NCBI GenBank assembly: GCA_001871415.1
Contig: MNWW01000067.1
Location: forward strand, 1 to 64,000
Reading direction: 5' to 3'
Length of the DNA: 64,000 nucleotides
From: Candidatus Woesearchaeota archaeon CG1_02_57_44
Lineage (GTDB): Archaea > Nanobdellota > Nanobdellia > Woesearchaeales > CG1-02-57-44
The notes below the pieces were generated by a model. The model ran no database searches and was not told the origin of the DNA. It worked only from the letters and a program-made list of their open reading frames with translations. Positions 59,076 through 64,000 of the stretch are shown piece by piece (within the stretch, counting starts at the first letter, position 1; every line of letters starts with the position of its first letter). The translations under genes were made by a program, and so were the position numbers.

Positions 59076-59972
59076 TCAGAGGAACACCAGCAGCAGCTCG
59101 GTATCCATGACCAGCTCTGCCAGCGCAGAGCAGTAGGCAAGGATGCGGGCCTCCTTCGGTCTGCAGTGCTCGAATTCCTTCTCGATCGCAGCGACGAGCT
59201 GTTTTCTCTTTTCCTTGAAGCCCGGCAACGCTTTCTTGTCCATGTGAAAGTACAGTCGCTCCAGCTGGGCTACCAGCTCTCCCAGGGATGCCATGATAGA
59301 GCGCAGCTCTGGACGCTGCGTCACCTTCGCATCCTTGAGATGCGAGGCGAGATGGCAGAACTGATCGCTCATCTTCTCCAGGTGATCGAGGATGATGAAA
59401 CTATAGGTGGCGTGGCTGCGTTCCGCTGAGGATACTTTGTTGATGACGCGCTTGCAGAAATTGGTCAACTTGTCCATAAGCGGTTCGAGCTCCGCGATGC
59501 GGGCCAATGCGTCTTTGTCATTCCCTTGCCAGGCATCGGGCAGTTCCTTGGCCATGTTGGTGAGGATGGTGAATGCCCTGCGCTGCATGGCCTCCGACTC
59601 CTCCTCCATGGGCGCTGCCACATTGCGGATGCTGACATGATGCTCGCCCTGGTCCATGAGCGCGTAGCCCAGCAGCTCCTCTAGGCGCTCGCGCAGACGC
59701 TCGATGCGGGCTTTGCCATCGAAGAGTATCTCTATCTCGTCATAGCCCATGATGTAGAGCATGGTCAGGTAGCGGCGCAGGAAGAGCTCTCCTTTCTTCA
59801 CCTGTATCTTCGCTTTCTTCTTCCCCGGCGCGCTGGTGCAGAGCATGAGGCAGTTGCCGTTCTGCTCGACGCTGACGCGGCTCCCTTTGGTGAGGCCGTT
59901 CGCTCTCACCCAGGTGATGGGCAATGAGATGACCTTGGTCTTGCCGCCCAGTTCGATGATGCTGCGTTCCAT
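59076..59972 (-). CDS. AbrB-PhoU family regulator (archaeal)
   Basis: R.I...GG..VISLP..W, Y..GYD, E...D, LEKMSD. Confidence 0.9.
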   Translation of the reverse strand: MERSIIELGGKTKVISLPITWVRANGLTKGSRVSVEQNGNCLMLCTSAPGKKKAKIQVKKGELFLRRYLTMLYIMGYDEIEILFDGKARIERLRERLEELLGYALMDQGEHHVSIRNVAAPMEEESEAMQRRAFTILTNMAKELPDAWQGNDKDALARIAELEPLMDKLTNFCKRVINKVSSAERSHATYSFIILDHLEKMSDQFCHLASHLKDAKVTQRPELRSIMASLGELVAQLERLYFHMDKKALPGFKEKRKQLVAAIEKEFEHCRPKEARILAYCSALAELVMDTELLLVFL

Positions 59973-60077
59973 GTCAGGGACCCTATAACCTTATACCAAT
60001 ATATATAGTATTATGACTAAATATATAATTTTTACGGCGGTTCTGCGGTTCTTGGGTCGTGACCCGGAGGCACTCGT

Positions 60078-61256
60078 ATGGTCGCATCTTCACTTGACGT
60101 GCTCATCGTCGGAACCGGCATGATGGGCAATCTGGTTGGGCCGCAGGTCCGGCGCGTCGGCGGAAACGTCGTCGGGGTCGTGAGCCGCGACGCGGAGAGG
60201 GGCACAGCGTTTCTGGACGGCATCAATGAGGCCGCTCCCGTGTGGACCGACTACGAGACCGCGCTCGACGAGTCAGGGGCAAGTGTCGTCGCTGTCCTGA
60301 CACCTAATCAGTATCACGCTGAGCAGGGGATCCTTGCGGCGCAGCGGGGCAAACACGTGTTCATGGAAAAGCCGCTGGCGACGACGGTCGCTGATGCAGA
60401 GGCGTTCTTCTCAGCTGTTACCCGGGCGGGCGTTGCTGCGGAGATCAATAGCCAGTATCGTTATCATGAAACGCTGGATGGTGCGCTCAGCGGCATCATC
60501 GTATCAGGTGAGCTTGGCAATCCCACGTTCATAGACACCGCCTATCTGCAGGATTGGCAGATGGATCCCTCCGCCGCCATCGGATGGCGTCCCATCGTCG
60601 AGATCGCAGGCAAGGGCAAGCTCGTCGGAGACCTTGGCGCGCACTGCCTGCAGACCATGCTGCACCTGTTCGGCGGGGATATCACAGACTTCTCGGGCAA
60701 GATGTTCAACGTGTTCCCTGTCCGCTACTCGCTGACAGAGGCAGGGACCTTCCCCGACGGCACAGTGCCGAGCTATGCGGAGCGGCCCGACCTCTACACG
60801 CAGATGGACATGCTCTCTGCGCAGTATTCCGGCGACGACATGGCGACCGCGCAAGGCATGCTGCGCATAGCAGCAGGATACGATGTGCCCTTCCGCGTCG
60901 CGCTCTCGCAGGTCGATGCAGGCCACAAGAACGATTTCACGTTGGATGTGACGTTTGAGCGCGGCAAGGTGCGCTGGAGCCAGGAGCATCCGAATCAGCT
61001 CTACATCGCACGTGCTGACGGACAGGTCACGATATATGAGCGGGGCTCGGCGCCAGGCATCGTAGGCACGCCGCCCGGTCACCCGCAGGGCTATGGCGAT
61101 GCCATCGCTCTGGAGCTGCTTCGCATGCATGATGTGATCGGTGAAGGCGGCGATGCTATCCGGGCATACACGCAGCGCAACATCGGCGATGCGGTCAAGG
61201 TGATGAAGGTGCTTGACGCCTGGACGTCGGGGCCTCTGGTCTGTGTGGGGAGGTGA
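60078..61256 (+). CDS. Gfo/Idh/MocA oxidoreductase
   Basis: GTGMMG, TPN..H, EKP, YLQDW, DLGAH, GHP.GY. Confidence 0.92.
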   Translation: MVASSLDVLIVGTGMMGNLVGPQVRRVGGNVVGVVSRDAERGTAFLDGINEAAPVWTDYETALDESGASVVAVLTPNQYHAEQGILAAQRGKHVFMEKPLATTVADAEAFFSAVTRAGVAAEINSQYRYHETLDGALSGIIVSGELGNPTFIDTAYLQDWQMDPSAAIGWRPIVEIAGKGKLVGDLGAHCLQTMLHLFGGDITDFSGKMFNVFPVRYSLTEAGTFPDGTVPSYAERPDLYTQMDMLSAQYSGDDMATAQGMLRIAAGYDVPFRVALSQVDAGHKNDFTLDVTFERGKVRWSQEHPNQLYIARADGQVTIYERGSAPGIVGTPPGHPQGYGDAIALELLRMHDVIGEGGDAIRAYTQRNIGDAVKVMKVLDAWTSGPLVCVGR

Positions 61257-61261
61257 AGGAT

Positions 61262-62431
61262 ATGGCAATAGCAGAGGGAGTGGACATACCGATATGGCTG
61301 AATACTGCGTGCAGCCCCGAGCTTCCGCTGAGGGAAGTCGTTGCACGGGCTGGCGGGATAGGGTACAACGGCTTGGAGGTCATGGCGTTCCTCGAGGAAG
61401 GGGGCGATCGTGCAGGCGCGCTTGATTTTGCAGCGAGCCACATCAGCGCGAAGCGATTGACAGTCGACAGCGCAAACGACATCTTGTCCATGTTCAGCGA
61501 TGCTGGCATGGGATTGACGCTCGGCGTGTATCATAATATGCTGACGGCCGATATGGACCAGGCATCCGCCAATCTTGACCAGCTCGTGTCGGTCATCAAT
61601 GCGGCGCATCTGCTTGGTGGCAGGAGGAATGGGGTGTCGGTGGGCACCTTCGCGGGCATGGATGCTACGCTGGATTATGATGGCAATCTCGAGAAATTCG
61701 GGGCAGTGTTCGGTCCGGTGCTCTCGTATGCCGCAGCATTGGGCATCGATGTGAGCTTCGAGAACTGTCAGATGGAGGGTTGGATGGCCACAGGTCAGCG
61801 CGACTCCTTGTGCAATCTGGCCGGCACCTACCAGCTCCGCAGCATGATGGTCGACGCCGTCGGTGGCGCCGAGAACCTGCTCTGGATCCCGGATCCGAGC
61901 CACGGCCTTGCCCAGGGCGATGGCGTCCAGGGCGTGCTGCGTGCGCTGTTGATGGAGACTCCTTCCCGCATCAGGGCATTGCACATCAAGGACACGGATA
62001 ACAATAATCCAGAGGCTCTTCACGTCCGCGCGATGCGCGGCGGCTTCGCGCCTCCTGCGAGCCAACGGGCACATGAATGGGACGTCTATGGCGGCAGACC
62101 CACGCTCATCGGTTTCGGTGGTGGTGGGGACATGGACTGGACAGAGTACCTGCGCGGCGGTGCCACTCTGCTAGCAAGAGGTGATGGCAGCTACAAGCCG
62201 GTCATCGTCGAGAACGAGGATGTCTGGAGCAAGCAGACGGGCAACCCGGCGGCAACGTGGCAGGCGAATCACGCAGCGCATCTGAATCTGGCTCCGCTGT
62301 GCTATCCGCTGACCGACCAGGGCTATCAGTTCAACCACACGCAAAGGCAAGTGCTGCAGACGCCATCAGTCAGCGAAGGCATGCTGCTCAAGACACATGC
62401 ATCGGTTGTCCGGGCGTACGCAGGGAAATAG
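61262..62431 (+). CDS. sugar phosphate isomerase/epimerase (xylose-isomerase-like TIM barrel)
   Basis: FENC, DPSH, HIKD, VENED metal motifs. Confidence 0.88.
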   Translation: MAIAEGVDIPIWLNTACSPELPLREVVARAGGIGYNGLEVMAFLEEGGDRAGALDFAASHISAKRLTVDSANDILSMFSDAGMGLTLGVYHNMLTADMDQASANLDQLVSVINAAHLLGGRRNGVSVGTFAGMDATLDYDGNLEKFGAVFGPVLSYAAALGIDVSFENCQMEGWMATGQRDSLCNLAGTYQLRSMMVDAVGGAENLLWIPDPSHGLAQGDGVQGVLRALLMETPSRIRALHIKDTDNNNPEALHVRAMRGGFAPPASQRAHEWDVYGGRPTLIGFGGGGDMDWTEYLRGGATLLARGDGSYKPVIVENEDVWSKQTGNPAATWQANHAAHLNLAPLCYPLTDQGYQFNHTQRQVLQTPSVSEGMLLKTHASVVRAYAGK

Positions 62432-62463
62432 GCAAAACAGCAGAGAGGACTCGCCACCATCCG

Positions 62464-62483
62464 GCGCCGTGAGGCGCTTTTTT
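62464..62483 (+). terminator. hairpin plus U-tract terminator
   Basis: GCGCC-GTGA-GGCGC followed by T6. Confidence 0.6.
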
Positions 62484-62634
62484 CTTGTTCTCCATCATAT
62501 GCTATCGCTCCTGCATCATGCTGGCCTTCGCGCATCTTCCGATGCAGGTCTTCAGGAGCATGCCCTGGCCGCCAGCATCACCAGCGACGCTGCGGCGGCC
62601 GTATGAACGCGATAGCGACGTGTCGCGGCCTTCA

Positions 62635-63792
62635 TCACTGCGGCAGGTCCCTGTTGGTCCAGGACATCATGGGCCTCATCGCGCGTACAGCATCATATGC
62701 CTGTCCAGCAGGCAGGCACAGCTGCCTGAGCGCATCAGGAAGTTCTTCTTGGGGGATCCTCCCAGCGTAGTGGGTCGCTGCGGCATGGTTCTTGCAGAGC
62801 CGCTCGCACGCCACGAACTGACGGGCGTATCCCGGATGCTCGGGCAATGACAGATTATGTGTCCAGACCGTCTCTTGCAGGGAATATCGATCCGTTGCTT
62901 CCGTCTCCAGACCAAAGCCCGTGTCAGCGCTAATGAGCCGCACCAGCGGGTGCGTGAGCACCAGGGTATGGTCCAGGCGACGATCGCCCAGAGGCTCAAG
63001 ATAGGGTATCAGTCCTGCCGCGCCCGCAAGGCGTCCGGTCGGATTGTTTGTCACTGCCTCGGTCTCCAGGTAATGGATCGCCTGCGCCTGCAGGATGTGG
63101 CGGTCCACGGGGCTTGCGCCTACCCTCCTTGATGAATGTCGGCCAAAGGTCATGGGCACAGCGATCTCTGAGCCATTGACCAGCCGCTGACCGTCGGTGA
63201 GCATTTCCGGCGTCAGGGTGTAGCGCAGGACGGCCTTCACGCCCTCAGGATAGCCGGACTCAAAGCCCGTGCCCATGGGCATCTCGAACTCGACATATGC
63301 GAAATCATCGCCAGCGTAGACATCAATGAGGTCAGCGACCATGCCCATCGTCGCGTCATGAAGGTAGCTTCCAGAATCAGGATGATTGACCAGCGCGGTC
63401 AGGTGTCGTCGCACAGCGCCATGGTCATCCAGGATGGCGCCGGTACCTCCGATGAAGCGGTTGATCGAGCCGAGCCAGGCATCGCCAGCCCAGGTCGGCT
63501 TGAGGCGCATCAATGTCGTGCCCATCACCAATGTCTCTGCATCAGGGACATCGCGCACCTGCTGGCGCGGCATACCCCGTTGGAAATCCGCCCAATTGAA
63601 GTGCGAGTAGCATAGATCAACCAGGCCAAGCCCCTTGCCGAAGCGCTCGAAGCTTGCAGCATACTGCTGCAGGGACGCGCCGCGATGGGCTACGATGACC
63701 CTGCTGCCGGTATCGTTGTCTTCCAGCAGATGGAACCTCTCGGTCTCACCATCGACGACTGTGCTGAGTTCTCGTGCTTCGAATCGTGGCAT
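62635..63792 (-). CDS. aldose 1-epimerase family protein
   Basis: GASL, NR, LH, GYP...Y.L, G.H, PTG, LDH, ACE. Confidence 0.75.
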   Translation of the reverse strand: MPRFEARELSTVVDGETERFHLLEDNDTGSRVIVAHRGASLQQYAASFERFGKGLGLVDLCYSHFNWADFQRGMPRQQVRDVPDAETLVMGTTLMRLKPTWAGDAWLGSINRFIGGTGAILDDHGAVRRHLTALVNHPDSGSYLHDATMGMVADLIDVYAGDDFAYVEFEMPMGTGFESGYPEGVKAVLRYTLTPEMLTDGQRLVNGSEIAVPMTFGRHSSRRVGASPVDRHILQAQAIHYLETEAVTNNPTGRLAGAAGLIPYLEPLGDRRLDHTLVLTHPLVRLISADTGFGLETEATDRYSLQETVWTHNLSLPEHPGYARQFVACERLCKNHAAATHYAGRIPQEELPDALRQLCLPAGQAYDAVRAMRPMMSWTNRDLPQ

Positions 63793-63842
63793 GTATGCAT
63801 CACCCGGACTATGGTTTTTTGCCCTGGATGCGGCAGGGTATT

Positions 63843-64000
63843 TTATATTTTGTCAGTTCGCGCCAGGAATACTAATTTAAGAGAGCGGGCATTCCCGATG
63901 CTGATGCCCGAGCCATCAGGTCGTCTCATCAATATCGCTTCTTTGACAAGCATGCTTGAGACCCATCCTTCTCCTGAACGGGCAGCCGACCCTTCGTATC
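63843..64000 (-). CDS. 3' end of a possible CDS running off the window
   Basis: One minus-strand frame is open from the edge to TAA at 63843. Confidence 0.35.
   Translation of the reverse strand, partial: YEGSAARSGEGWVSSMLVKEAILMRRPDGSGISIGNARSLKLVFLARTDKI

Overview
Chromosomal segment of a GC-rich archaeon, most likely DPANN/Woesearchaeota-like. This is inferred from an archaeal AlaRS, uS15, PINA, RbkR, an A1-U72 initiator tRNA, tRNAs without encoded CCA, and TATA boxes ~25 nt before many start codons. It holds three tRNAs and housekeeping genes (alaS, rnhB, nrdJ, thyX, rps15, two DHH nucleases, PINA, a MutS-like ATPase). It also holds cysE, nadB, dapA, a riboflavin operon, a crcB operon with a fluoride riboswitch, a surface-glycosylation cluster with a membrane-fused phosphoribulokinase-like kinase, and a sugar catabolism cluster. 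I found no integrase, transposase or cas gene. The most unusual signals are non-coding or very short: a leaderless Cys-Cys-Cys peptide (MQIVICCCH) just ahead of cysE, suggesting cysteine-sensing attenuation in an archaeon; a ~190-nt rod-like RNA before alaS; duplicated tRNA 3' ends in hairpins downstream of two tRNAs; a 30-36-30 bp repeat-insert-repeat lesion splitting a kinase-like gene; and NrdR-box-like sites before nrdJ. All calls come from reading motifs by eye; no searches were run.
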